DNA of 64,000 nt from Gloeobacterales cyanobacterium (GCA_038245785.1 JBBRSB010000002.1:128001-192000); one strand, 5' to 3'. Positions 37,441 to 47,442 are shown, numbered from the stretch's first letter. Translations and numbers: made by a program. The notes: generated from the letters alone by a model not told the origin.

Positions 37441-38325
37441 TCAGCTTAAGAGATTTTTCTCCTTCGACAGGCTCTTACTCTGGAATACGCTGCCGAGTGC
37501 CTCTGGGCCTTGCGGTCCTTGCTTTCGCTGTGACAGGCGCGTGATAAGACCCAAAATATAACCCCGTAGCCCAGGGTCATGCGCCTTGAAAAGTTCGCCC
37601 ATCAACCAGAGAACAGGGGCTGCTGCTCCATCGGTTTTTAGCGTTATGGAATCCGTACTAGCATCAATCGATGCTGCTGAGTAGAACACTCTGTAGTTGG
37701 CCCTTCCAGTTTGGAGAACATCGAATAGGGGCTGCAAATTTTGTTCGACTTTTTCTTTCCAATCTTTTCCATTGGCATCCGATTTAATTAAATCTGCTTT
37801 GGTGACTACTAAAGAAAAAGCATATTTGAGCTCATTTAGGTGGGCCAAAGAGGCAATGATCTGGAGCTGATAAATCAATTCATTGAGTCCTTCCATATAG
37901 CTTTCTTCATGGACAAGGGCGTAGCCATCGACAAAGAAGCAACAGCCATGGGACGAGAGGACAATATCTCTAAAAGATTCATTCTCCGGGGTGCAAATTT
38001 CACCAGGGATATCGTGCCAGCCAAAATGACAAAGGGTCTGACTCCCTATCAGACCACGTTGCTTGAGGCTAAAATCAAAATCTAGCGTCTTCATCGTTGC
38101 TGGGGGATATTCTCCTGCACGTGCAACGTAGTCCAAAATAAGCTCGATATTCTTTTTGGCTTGGTCCGTTTGACAGTCAAACCATAGAGGACCCCGTTCT
38201 TTCTGACTGAGGCTCTGCAGTGCTGCATAGCTGCCAGCAAGAAATACGGTTTTGCCCACACCCCTCTGCCCCATAACCAATAGACTAAAGCGTTTGGCAG
38301 GACTTCCAAAAAACAGATTCGGCAT
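37441..38325 (-). CDS. TRAFAC-like P-loop GTPase-domain protein (double-GTPase-like)
   Basis: G1 GQRGVGKT, G2 PPAT, G3 DIPGE and G4 TKAD. Confidence 0.7.
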   Translation of the reverse strand: MPNLFFGSPAKRFSLLVMGQRGVGKTVFLAGSYAALQSLSQKERGPLWFDCQTDQAKKNIELILDYVARAGEYPPATMKTLDFDFSLKQRGLIGSQTLCHFGWHDIPGEICTPENESFRDIVLSSHGCCFFVDGYALVHEESYMEGLNELIYQLQIIASLAHLNELKYAFSLVVTKADLIKSDANGKDWKEKVEQNLQPLFDVLQTGRANYRVFYSAASIDASTDSITLKTDGAAAPVLWLMGELFKAHDPGLRGYILGLITRLSQRKQGPQGPEALGSVFQSKSLSKEKNLLS

Positions 38326-38419
38326 ATTGATTAAGTGTATTTTGTCTTTCAGATTGCCTTAGAAGGGGCCTAAATGCAGTATGTGAAACTACTTAGCCTG
38401 GCCGAAGCAGGGATCGCAG

Positions 38420-38800
38420 CTAAGAAACTGAAGGGTGATTGGTATGAGAAAGGTCTTCGATCTGCTTTTCGAGTTCTAGAACCTTGGCTTCTAAAGCTTC
38501 TTCCTCTGTCTTCAGTTGGGAAATCTGAATCTCTTGGGTATGAATCTTGGTATCTTCTTCCTGAACGACCTGTTGAAGCTTTTGGACCTGTTCTTCTGTG
38601 ACCTCTTTGGCATCCGTTGCTATCCGAGGCCCCATGAAGTAGGTATAGACCCACCCCAAACAGAGAACAAATACCACACCGCTTAACCAAGTCCCTGCCG
38701 TAGGAGCGGAAGCTCCTGAAGCAAGAGCAAAACTATAGACCAGCAATACGCCCAAAAGCATCACAAAAAGACTGGAAGGGCGCATAATTTTACGAAGCAT
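38420..38800 (-). CDS. Hypothetical protein with two TM helices and a C-terminal coiled coil
   Basis: Two hydrophobic segments, then an E/Q/K heptad region. GGAGG SD upstream. Confidence 0.7.
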   Translation of the reverse strand: MLRKIMRPSSLFVMLLGVLLVYSFALASGASAPTAGTWLSGVVFVLCLGWVYTYFMGPRIATDAKEVTEEQVQKLQQVVQEEDTKIHTQEIQISQLKTEEEALEAKVLELEKQIEDLSHTNHPSVS

Positions 38801-38908
38801 TAGAGTATCCTCCGGAAAGATTTGGTTTGTCCCTGCTCCGGTTGCGTCAGCACCTGTGCTAACGGCACTCTCATCATAGTGCTCCGTTCATTTAGTGATG
38901 ACTTGCCC

Positions 38909-39781
38909 TTACTTTTCTACAAAGACGATATCTAAGAGATCGGCCTGGAAAGCAATACGGCTATTTCTCTGTTCTAAGAGATCACTAAGCTTTAATTCCA
39001 TCACATCCATAACAACCACCCGGTCATTTTCCATACGAGAACTACCTTCTGTTGAAATCAGCCAGTCACCCAAATTGCCTCGAAAGCCCTTTTCTACCGC
39101 TTTCAAGTAATCGGTACAACGCCGAAATAGCTTAGATAAAATCAATTGCCCATCGGGAGGACTGATAGATTTTTGGTCAATTAAAACGAATTCGCTGGTG
39201 CGGTCTTCTCCCCAAACGCCCAGCTTTTTATCCCGTGCTTCAGAAGCAACCTGACGTAGAAATTCTCGATGACTCAAGGGCGCAGAAGTGTAGGCGGTGT
39301 AATAGGCTAGACCTTCTTCTAAAAGGCGGAAATTAAGAGTTCGTTTTAAAAGGGCATCATCGACTTTTATCCACTGTCCATCGTCCAATTTTTTGGCATC
39401 AAGTAATACATAGGATACAGGACGACCATTGGTTTCAGCAGCGACAGAGAGAATGGCTCCCGGTATTTGCTCTGGATCCGAAGCCGTTACTTTATTGCCT
39501 GTGAATTTAATGTTGGTGAAGCCCATCCAGTCCAAAAGCTGGTCACGGGCTTCTTTGCCCAAAGGCTGAACGGCAGCTCCGTAATGCAATTCTGGAGCAT
39601 CGATCCCCTCAAAGCGAAGCTGAACGCTCTTATCCACATTCGATGGCTTAATCCGAAAAGAGCGCTTGAGCGTGCGATAGAGTTTGGAGTTATTGGCAAT
39701 GAAGCGCACTGAATCTCCATCAGGCTCCTTCCCCACAATCACAAAATTACCTTGGATAACCTGATAGAAAGGTGATGCCAT
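38909..39781 (-). CDS. Thermonuclease (SNase-like) family nuclease
   Basis: PDGDSVRF, LRFEGIDAPELHY, NGRPVSYV, N..LLEEGLA and A...KLGVW motifs. Confidence 0.85.
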   Translation of the reverse strand: MASPFYQVIQGNFVIVGKEPDGDSVRFIANNSKLYRTLKRSFRIKPSNVDKSVQLRFEGIDAPELHYGAAVQPLGKEARDQLLDWMGFTNIKFTGNKVTASDPEQIPGAILSVAAETNGRPVSYVLLDAKKLDDGQWIKVDDALLKRTLNFRLLEEGLAYYTAYTSAPLSHREFLRQVASEARDKKLGVWGEDRTSEFVLIDQKSISPPDGQLILSKLFRRCTDYLKAVEKGFRGNLGDWLISTEGSSRMENDRVVVMDVMELKLSDLLEQRNSRIAFQADLLDIVFVEK

Positions 39782-39870
39782 AGCTCCATTTTCCCCGCGC
39801 GTTATTGGCCGGAATCTTAAAGGAGGAATGTTAAGGAATTATTAAATAACCCTGACAAGCTGATTAGACA

Positions 39871-40030
39871 TTAGAGATTGAAGAGTTTGATTTGTCCGTC
39901 TTTGTATAACTTTTGATACTCATTTCCGAGCTGCTTCACATAATTCATAATCGAGTTCTTATCCTCGTGTGTTCCCACTGTGCTCACAAAATAGCCGCCC
40001 GACCAAAACTCCCCTCTCCACATGTGACGC
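39871..40030 (-). mobile_element. IS200/IS605 TnpA (Y1 transposase) 3' fragment
   Basis: WRGEFWSGGYFVSTVG...IMNYVKQ C-terminal motif. The HUH N-terminal half is missing. Confidence 0.75.
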
Positions 40031-40147
40031 TTGTGGAAATATAATATTTGACTCTGTACTTGACGATGCAAGCGACGGAGGAATTGACCCGGAGAGATTA
40101 AAAAATATCGATCTTAATTAACTTTCCGTCAGTTAGCTAAGGCGACC

Positions 40148-41302
40148 ATGGTCCAAGGAGGGCGCGCTATAACGACAAAAATTTCAGCACCATTCTCTAT
40201 TTATTTGGATTTACTTAGGATATTAGCTGCGTCGGTAGTTGTGATTGGTCATTATCCGGTTGGAACCTGGCAATCAGATATCACTAGCCGCTACAACCTC
40301 GGCTATGATGCCGTAGTCGTGTTTTTTGTATTGTCCGGATATGTTATTAGTTATGCAGCAGCTCAAATAGAAAAAACATGGCTTAATTATGTAGTTAATC
40401 GTGCTGCACGGATATTGCCAGTGTCAACTGCAGCGGTTTTATTGTCTCTATTTCTTATGTATTTTGGCCAGCTGTATCGACCTGATTTGTATCCTGATGT
40501 TAGTCAACTTCACAATATTCCTTATTATTTTGGGCTGACAGTGTCCCTCGTTAATGAGTTTTGGTGGAATGATGTTAGGCCGTTTGGTAACGGCCCCTAC
40601 TGGAGCCTTGCACTTGAGGTCTGGTGTTATGTCATATACGGGATCGCTTTATTCGTACGTGGGCGTCAGCGCTTTATTTGGGTGACATTGGCGCTACTGG
40701 CTACGGGACCCAAGCAGATAATTTTCCTACCGGTCTGGCTTGCTGGGTCGTTCGCCTACCATTTGCGTGATAGGTTTACACTTTCTCGAAGTGCTCTTTC
40801 ACTTATGTGCGTCGGGCCAGTTATCACTTACTGTGCTATCCAGCTAAATTCACAATGGGATTGGTCCTATCCGTTGGCTGGGCAGTATATAGAGCGTTGG
40901 CTGGGGCACGGCTTGGATGGGGCTGCTAATTTTGGCTGGGCTTATATTCTCGCACCGCTCGTCGCTGTCCACTTGTTTGCAGTTAATCGCTTAGGGAGTA
41001 TGCTGCATTTCCTAGAGCATCCTGTGATTTCTAATTCGATACGCCGAGTAGCAAGCTATACTTTTAGTCTTTATATTTTTCATTATCCATTGATTACTTT
41101 TTGGAAGGCCATGCTTAATCACAATGCCGATGGCTTTGATCCATTTTACAGAGGTCTCGTATATGCCGGAACCATTATTCCGATAATATTTTTAGCTCGA
41201 ATACTTGAGCATAAAAAAAGATACTATCGCAACTTATTTATCCATCTTTTTACTGTTGCTCAGCGACTCGTTGCTCGGTGGTCTAAGGCCACCTCCCTAT
41301 AG
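40148..41302 (+). CDS. Acyltransferase family 3 (OafA-like O-acetyltransferase)
   Basis: YLDLLRILAA...H, VFFVLSGY, RAARI, WSLALEVWCY and SLYIFHYP motifs. Confidence 0.9.
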   Translation: MVQGGRAITTKISAPFSIYLDLLRILAASVVVIGHYPVGTWQSDITSRYNLGYDAVVVFFVLSGYVISYAAAQIEKTWLNYVVNRAARILPVSTAAVLLSLFLMYFGQLYRPDLYPDVSQLHNIPYYFGLTVSLVNEFWWNDVRPFGNGPYWSLALEVWCYVIYGIALFVRGRQRFIWVTLALLATGPKQIIFLPVWLAGSFAYHLRDRFTLSRSALSLMCVGPVITYCAIQLNSQWDWSYPLAGQYIERWLGHGLDGAANFGWAYILAPLVAVHLFAVNRLGSMLHFLEHPVISNSIRRVASYTFSLYIFHYPLITFWKAMLNHNADGFDPFYRGLVYAGTIIPIIFLARILEHKKRYYRNLFIHLFTVAQRLVARWSKATSL

Positions 41303-41432
41303 TAGCCACGAATTGAACCGATTAAGCTACTTAGGGTGAATCCACTCAAGCTAGTAGCCTGCCTGCTGTTTAGACAGTACACAAACAACAAAAAATTTGC
41401 ACGATACTCTGCCTGAATGATCCCCGCAGACA

Positions 41433-41618
41433 ATGGTCATGTTATCGTTAAGAAACCTTACATTACTTAACAAACCCGTGCAAAAAGTAGAAGACTTCGT
41501 TTCCCTCGCCCAGCTCAATCTAGCCAAAAAGTTTCAGAAAAGAGAACAAGGTCCTCTGGAGATCATCCTGTGGCGCTTGGGATTCATCACCACAGACCAG
41601 CTCGCCATGCTCTTCTAG
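41433..41618 (+). CDS. DUF2949-family small protein
   Basis: QLNLAKK....GPLEIILWRLGFITTDQL. Confidence 0.7.
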   Translation: MVMLSLRNLTLLNKPVQKVEDFVSLAQLNLAKKFQKREQGPLEIILWRLGFITTDQLAMLF

Positions 41619-41644
41619 AGAACAGACCGCACGCGACCGACCCT

Positions 41645-43408
41645 CTAACTTTCTAATTCAATCATCCGACCGTCTGGCAATTCGCTTAGACGATTTTCTA
41701 AGCTTCCTTCTTGCCCAATTTTTGACTGTCTCCAGAATAGCTCTGTGACCACAATCGCTTTTCCTCCTGTGGGAGGAGGAATGAGGGGACCCATGCGATA
41801 GACATCATCCACCGCGATTTGGGCAATTTCTCGAGGCGCCGTAGTGTTTTCTTCTAAGATATCCACAGAGCCAATCGAACCATCGGTTTCAATGCGATAG
41901 CGTACTACCGTCCATTGGTCCTGTCCTAGCTGACTAAAGTAAATGTCATAGCTCGTAGGGTCTATCCTCAAACGATATGACAGATAGTCACTGTAGGAAC
42001 GCGGAATTCCCTGCTTTTGTTTTGCTTGTTTCTGTTTGCGCGGTTTGGTGGAGGCTCCGTCTCCCTTGGAGGAAGCAAGGATTTCTTTTTGCTCCTTGCT
42101 GTTAAGTTTATCCTTGCCGTCTTTGGTCCCTTCCGCGCTACTACCATGCCCTGTGAGCGTTTTTGGAGTTTCCACGAGATCGAAGACCATGGGTGGGGTT
42201 TGCCCTTCTCCTGCTTGCTTAGCGCTAGGGCGACCGCCACCATTGCTCAGAATAGGAACGAGCACCAAAAGTAGCACTACGGATATATGCCCAAGATAAG
42301 ACCTGCCCAGATTCTGGACCATCTGATTGCGCTTTTCCGGCGGCAGCAGATAATCAAATTGTTGACTTTTGGCCGTGGCATAGGCGTCCCAGATGCCGTA
42401 GAGCAGAAATAGGACAGAAACAGTGCCCAAAAGCGTTAAAAGAGGCGAATTCTGTAGACCCTCGACAAACTTCAGGGAATCTTTGCCTAAGGTCAGCCCT
42501 CCCAGCTCCAACAGGGCCAGTGTCGGCAGAGGATAACTCAGCAAGATGCCCAGGACGAGCAATAATAGCCCATTGGAAATCCCCACCCTGCGGAAGGCCT
42601 TACCCTTTTCAGGCTCCTGGTTATAGAACTGACCCCAACCAGGGATGAGAGACAACAGGGCAGCCCGCCAGGGACTTTTTTCCTGCAGAGGCGGAGGGGT
42701 ATAGGGTTGATAAAGTTCCTCCTCGCTGCCGCCCCAACTGGGCGAGTATTGCCGAGCTTTCTTGCTGGCCTTGAAACTCCACCAAACCAGCCAAAGGATA
42801 AAGCTAAACAAACTGAAGGTAGCTATAGGACCATTCTGAAAAGCGAGAAAATCGTAGAACCCATGGGCAACGACGGCCCACCACAGAGCTGTGAAGCCCC
42901 AGCCAGTGCTTGTCTTAGTTTTGCCCAGGTAGTAGCCCAAGACAACTCCCAGAAGCCCATGCATCGGTACAGCCGTAAAAGCACGGACGATGGCTGTATC
43001 CATACCACCGTTGAGCACATAGATAATATTTTCCGTCGCCCCAAAGCCTAGCCCAACAGCGGTAGCGTACAGAATGCCGTCGTAGCGCTCTTTAAAGCAG
43101 TCAAGTCGCCAGAGGAACGAACGCATAAGCAAAAATTTGGCTCCCTCTTCCGCCAGTCCAACTCCAATCACCGTAAAGAAGGCCAGGGTCCCCAAACTGC
43201 TGACGCCCCAGGGCTTAACCATGAGCACTTGTTCAATGCCCAAGGCTAAAAGCGCTGAACCAACCCCCATCAAAACAGCTAGCGCAATCGTCCACAGAGG
43301 ACGCGGGATCAGCAACCGCTTTCTATTCTCCAGATGGACTGAAACCACAGTCAAAAAAATTAGGGCTGGGGCAACAGCGGCTGCTATTAGCACAGGGTCT
43401 GGCATCAT
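41645..43408 (-). CDS. PrsW-family intramembrane protease with extra TM domain and soluble C-terminal domain
   Basis: EEGAK, GFGATEN, VPMH and HGFYD motifs, followed by about 360 additional residues. Confidence 0.8.
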   Translation of the reverse strand: MMPDPVLIAAAVAPALIFLTVVSVHLENRKRLLIPRPLWTIALAVLMGVGSALLALGIEQVLMVKPWGVSSLGTLAFFTVIGVGLAEEGAKFLLMRSFLWRLDCFKERYDGILYATAVGLGFGATENIIYVLNGGMDTAIVRAFTAVPMHGLLGVVLGYYLGKTKTSTGWGFTALWWAVVAHGFYDFLAFQNGPIATFSLFSFILWLVWWSFKASKKARQYSPSWGGSEEELYQPYTPPPLQEKSPWRAALLSLIPGWGQFYNQEPEKGKAFRRVGISNGLLLLVLGILLSYPLPTLALLELGGLTLGKDSLKFVEGLQNSPLLTLLGTVSVLFLLYGIWDAYATAKSQQFDYLLPPEKRNQMVQNLGRSYLGHISVVLLLVLVPILSNGGGRPSAKQAGEGQTPPMVFDLVETPKTLTGHGSSAEGTKDGKDKLNSKEQKEILASSKGDGASTKPRKQKQAKQKQGIPRSYSDYLSYRLRIDPTSYDIYFSQLGQDQWTVVRYRIETDGSIGSVDILEENTTAPREIAQIAVDDVYRMGPLIPPPTGGKAIVVTELFWRQSKIGQEGSLENRLSELPDGRMIELES

Positions 43409-43510
43409 GCGTGAGGAGTTCTTAGTAGACTATCCCCACTTTAGTCAATAATGCCAAAATGCCAAAACACTCACATGGAGCAGATTATAAATATTCTTGA
43501 TAATTGGTCA

Positions 43511-44221
43511 TTAACGGCCTAGCGCTTTTAAAAGACGATTGCCTGCTTGCCATGCAGCCTTTAAGAGATTCTGTCCATCCGCCGCCGTATAGAGGTCCTG
43601 GCTAAGTTCTTCGGCTGTAGGCCGTGACCCCTTCTCGCTGACCAAAGTGTAGTCTTCCGCATCATCCTTGGAGCTCTCTTTCCAGACCTGCCAGTTTGAA
43701 GGATAACGGCGGTAGATCGCTCCCCCTTCAACAGGCTGCAGATAAAAAACAGGCTCTAAGGTACTTAAAAAACGGCTCCTTAGTTGTCTACCGACTAAAC
43801 CGATACCAACAGCCCCGGCTTCTCCCAAACGAGAATTAAGGATGATATAGGGCCGAGTTCCCCAGGACTCTGCCAGCTTTTCTAGGGACTCGACTTCAAC
43901 CATGCTGATTTCCACCAGCAGAACGGCCCCATAGGCTTCAGAATTGGTCAGCCGCTGGTTGATACCCTGTATCGGATAGCTCACTTCCCCCAGACGCTGA
44001 CGGGCCAGAGCAGCGGCCCCTGCATCCGGATAAAGCACAAGCGGAGGACGCTCTGGATCCTCCGCTAAACTTTCCGCCAAATAACGAACAACATCTAGAA
44101 CATCTAGACCGGGAGAGCGCAGCACAATTTCCTGACGAAATTTTCCCGCCTGTGCTGCCTGCTGGACGCCCCGGAGACAGTCCTCCAAGGCATCGCTGTA
44201 GGTTTTCGGAAGTTCACTCAT
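43511..44221 (-). CDS. DUF1995-family protein
   Basis: ELPKTYSDA, YPDAGAAALA, ILNSRL...VGIG..GRQLR.RFL and RRYP..WQV motifs. Confidence 0.88.
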   Translation of the reverse strand: MSELPKTYSDALEDCLRGVQQAAQAGKFRQEIVLRSPGLDVLDVVRYLAESLAEDPERPPLVLYPDAGAAALARQRLGEVSYPIQGINQRLTNSEAYGAVLLVEISMVEVESLEKLAESWGTRPYIILNSRLGEAGAVGIGLVGRQLRSRFLSTLEPVFYLQPVEGGAIYRRYPSNWQVWKESSKDDAEDYTLVSEKGSRPTAEELSQDLYTAADGQNLLKAAWQAGNRLLKALGR

Positions 44222-44227
44222 AGGACT

Positions 44228-44713
44228 CTAGGACAAACCCTTGGCTAGGTAGTCAAAGTATTTAGCCATCTCTTGAGCAGCAGCAGGTTCAACGCGATTG
44301 GCCACCGCTGCTTTTAAAGCATTGATCGAATTTACGGTTTCAGGCAGAGGAACCCCAAGCGATTTGTACATCGGTTTGAGCCCTTTCAAAACCCAGTTCT
44401 CCAGAAGCGCCGTATCTCCGGCAACCATGGCGTAGGTGGCGTAGCGCAAGAAGTAACTCATATCCCGAATACAGGAGGAGTAACGGCGGGTATAGTACAT
44501 ATTGCCACCGGGCTTCGTCGTAGCGGTATACAAGAGTGACTTGGCTGTGGCCTCTTTGACGATGGCACTGGCTTCAGACTCTATCGTGCTGGCTGCACGA
44601 ATCCTCAGTGCTCCCGTACTAAAGTACCCTTTCATCTTTTCGATAGCCGCATTATCTAGATACTTCCCCTGGGTATCATATTCGTTGATGATGGCCGAAA
44701 TAGTGTCCTTCAC
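44228..44713 (-). CDS. Allophycocyanin beta-type subunit, solitary divergent paralog (ApcB2-like)
   Basis: 161 aa: D..GKYLD, KSLLY, PGGNMYYTRRYSSCIRD (bilin Cys), LRYATYAM and YKSLGVP. Confidence 0.88.
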   Translation of the reverse strand: MKDTISAIINEYDTQGKYLDNAAIEKMKGYFSTGALRIRAASTIESEASAIVKEATAKSLLYTATTKPGGNMYYTRRYSSCIRDMSYFLRYATYAMVAGDTALLENWVLKGLKPMYKSLGVPLPETVNSINALKAAVANRVEPAAAQEMAKYFDYLAKGLS

Positions 44714-44814
44714 AAACAGGTTCTCCTATACATCGCAGGTTTGGCACTGGGCAGCATTGTACAGCGGTAGCCACAAGCCTATAGGAATCGTTACGTTTTT
44801 TCATCTAGGGATAA

Positions 44815-45081
44815 TTAATTAATCGCCAAGCTAACGTATGCCTGTCCATCGATGATAGTCGGTTCGGCATTGGCAGGAAGGGCCGCTTGTACTGGCTCAG
44901 GTAGAGGAGTCATCCGAATCTGGGCGGCCTTCAAAGCCTTGGCCAGATCTGCCTGAAACGCTTCGGGCTCTATCGCTAACTCTGCCCGCAGCACCTTGAG
45001 CGAAACGTAGGGATAGCCAAACTCTTCTCGGTGAGCTTCAACAGCAGCTTGAAGCCTGGTAATGAAATTGGATTTAGCCAT
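44815..45081 (-). CDS. Small hypothetical protein
   Basis: 88-aa ORF co-oriented with its neighbours. Confidence 0.6.
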   Translation of the reverse strand: MAKSNFITRLQAAVEAHREEFGYPYVSLKVLRAELAIEPEAFQADLAKALKAAQIRMTPLPEPVQAALPANAEPTIIDGQAYVSLAIN

Positions 45082-45162
45082 AGAAAAAGCGGAAACAGCA
45101 TGCAGACTGCCCCCACTCTAACTCGAGGATTGAACACCGAGAACAGGACAAGCCCAGGATGC

Positions 45163-46155
45163 TTATAGAGAAGGGGTCCCGATAGCTACGCGCTGCCCAT
45201 CTCCTAGAACGGAACGGACGACCTCATCCACCACCGTTTGACTAAAATGCTCAGCTGCCCAAACGATACTGTCTAAAACCTGGCCTCCCTTTCTGACCTC
45301 TGTGCCATGACCAATGCAGCTATAGCCCATTACCACAGCCCCTGAATGGATATGGCAATTTTCTCCAATCACCGCATTGCGAGAAATAATAGCGCCTGGC
45401 TCAATGATCGTGTTCTTGCCAACTCGGTCCTTGAGATTGGCGTGGGTCAAAAGATCCCAGTGGGTATAGAGGTATTGCGCTAGCGTCCCGACATCGGACC
45501 AATAGGCTTCGGTTTTCATGGCATAGACAGGAGCACCCTTCTCCACTAAAAGAGGAAAGAGTTGATTCCCGAAGTCAAACATTTCCCCCTCGGGGATGTA
45601 ATCTAATACTTCCGGTTCAAAAATATAAACGCCCGTATTGGCCATTCGGGACTTTTCAGTTCCTAAGGTAGGCTTTTCTTGGAAAGACTGAATCCGTCCT
45701 GAGGCATCAGTGACCACGATTCCGAAGCGGGAAGGGTCGCCTACTTCCTTAGTTGCCATGGTGGCTACTGCTCCACTGGCCCTGTGGAAAGCCAGAAGAC
45801 TACTCAGGTCTAGGTCTGTCACCAAATCGCCAGAGATGACCGCGAAGGTCCCACTGCCTAGAAAATCTGCCTGCTTGCGAACACCTCCTGCGGTGCCCAA
45901 CAGGTTATCCTCCCAGGAGTACTGGAGGTTTACATTCCAGGTGCTGCCATCACCGAAGGCGCGCTCGATCTTTTCGCCCTTGTAGTGTAAGTTAGCGACT
46001 AGGTCAGTAAATCCGTGCCGACGACAGAGGTTCATCACCCCCCCCATGACAGGCTGGTTTAGCACAGGGACTAGGGGTTTAGGAATCTCATCGGTAAAAG
46101 GTCGCAAACGGGTTCCCTTCCCTGCGGCCAACAAAAAAGCTTTCATCGCTAGCAT
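45163..46155 (-). CDS. NDP-sugar synthase (CugP/mannose-1-phosphate guanylyltransferase-like)
   Basis: LAAGKGTRLRP..PKP, GTAGG, FQEKP, WSDVG and C-terminal hexapeptide repeats. Confidence 0.9.
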   Translation of the reverse strand: MLAMKAFLLAAGKGTRLRPFTDEIPKPLVPVLNQPVMGGVMNLCRRHGFTDLVANLHYKGEKIERAFGDGSTWNVNLQYSWEDNLLGTAGGVRKQADFLGSGTFAVISGDLVTDLDLSSLLAFHRASGAVATMATKEVGDPSRFGIVVTDASGRIQSFQEKPTLGTEKSRMANTGVYIFEPEVLDYIPEGEMFDFGNQLFPLLVEKGAPVYAMKTEAYWSDVGTLAQYLYTHWDLLTHANLKDRVGKNTIIEPGAIISRNAVIGENCHIHSGAVVMGYSCIGHGTEVRKGGQVLDSIVWAAEHFSQTVVDEVVRSVLGDGQRVAIGTPSL

Positions 46156-46290
46156 TCACTCCTGAAACAAGGGCAGCATCTTCATAAGCCTTTACATGGA
46201 GCTTATATTAGGAACTCTAGTGCCTAGAACTTTTGTTGGAGGTATCATGAGAGACATTCTCTCATGAGTATATATACTGGCTCCCTTTAT

Positions 46291-47442
46291 TCAAAGGAGT
46301 TCAGCCAACACTTCATTTGAAAAAAGAAATCCATCGGGCACCGTCAGACAGAGTCGACCGTCTCCGCGAATTTCTAGCCAGCCTCGCTGAATGAAGCCTG
46401 TACATTGGCTCATCAACTTTTCCACAGCCTTTTTCCCAAAAGTTTTTTCCAGTTGCTCTAGAGATATCCCCCGTACGAGACGTAATCCAAGCATGAGAGT
46501 TTCTGACAACTGATCTTCTACAGAAGTAGGGGCCTCTTCCGGAAAAGTACCTTGCGCAACAAAGTTGAAGTAATCCACCAATTTTTTAGGGCGCGTCACC
46601 CGCTGGTACTGGACATAGCCAGTCGCTCCCAGACCCAGCCCGTAGTAGCTTTCATTCTCCCAATAGACCTGGTTATGTTGGGAAGCATAGCCGGGTTTGG
46701 CAAAGTTAGAAATTTCGTAGAGTTCATAGCCTCGGCTTGGCAGGAACTGCAGCATTTCACAATACATCGCTACGCTCTGGTCTTCGGAAGGCAGCGGCGT
46801 CGTACCCGGTTGGTAATCCCGGTTAAAAGGAGTCCCTTCTTCCAAGATCAGGTCATAGGCTGAAATGTGATGGGGTTCTAAATCTACGGCCGCTTCCATC
46901 GAGCGATACCAATGCTCCATGGTTTGATGGGGCAAGCCAAAAATAAGGTCCACGCTAAAATTCTGAAAATCTGCCTGCTTGATCGCCTCCACTGCCTCGT
47001 AGACTTCCTTAACGCCATGAGAACGCCCACACAGCGCTAAGAGTTCTTCTTGAAAAGCTTGGACCCCAAGACTGATGCGATTGACGCCAGCCTGGCGATA
47101 GCCTTGGAGGGTTGCAAGGCTGACCGTGCCTGGATTGCATTCCATGGTCACCTCAGCCCCAGCCCTAGTCCGAAAGCGTTTTTCCAAAGCGGTCATGATT
47201 CGGTTGACTTGTTCTGGAGTCAGAAGAGAAGGAGTGCCGCCCCCGAAATAGACCGTTTCGAGTCCCTGTTCAGCGGTGGGGGTAAACTTGATTTCTTGAA
47301 TCAGGGCCTGGACATACTGTTCAATCAGGGCAGCGGTACCCAAGCCCGTAGCAAAGTCACAGTAGTGGCAACGGGTTTTACAAAAAGGAATGTGAAGATA
47401 AAGACTGACGGGAAGGGACTGGATTTGACTCGGACGCAGCAA
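46291..47442 (-). CDS. hemW: Radical SAM heme chaperone HemW
   Basis: YLHIPFCKTRCHYCDF, YFGGGTPS and YEISNF..HNQVYW motifs. Start likely TTG 47442. Confidence 0.92.
   Translation of the reverse strand: MLRPSQIQSLPVSLYLHIPFCKTRCHYCDFATGLGTAALIEQYVQALIQEIKFTPTAEQGLETVYFGGGTPSLLTPEQVNRIMTALEKRFRTRAGAEVTMECNPGTVSLATLQGYRQAGVNRISLGVQAFQEELLALCGRSHGVKEVYEAVEAIKQADFQNFSVDLIFGLPHQTMEHWYRSMEAAVDLEPHHISAYDLILEEGTPFNRDYQPGTTPLPSEDQSVAMYCEMLQFLPSRGYELYEISNFAKPGYASQHNQVYWENESYYGLGLGATGYVQYQRVTRPKKLVDYFNFVAQGTFPEEAPTSVEDQLSETLMLGLRLVRGISLEQLEKTFGKKAVEKLMSQCTGFIQRGWLEIRGDGRLCLTVPDGFLFSNEVLAELL

Noticed and set aside
38825..38900. Short hairpin (GTCAGCAC..GTGCTAAC) as an attC site
   Set aside because: No complementary outer R box could be identified.
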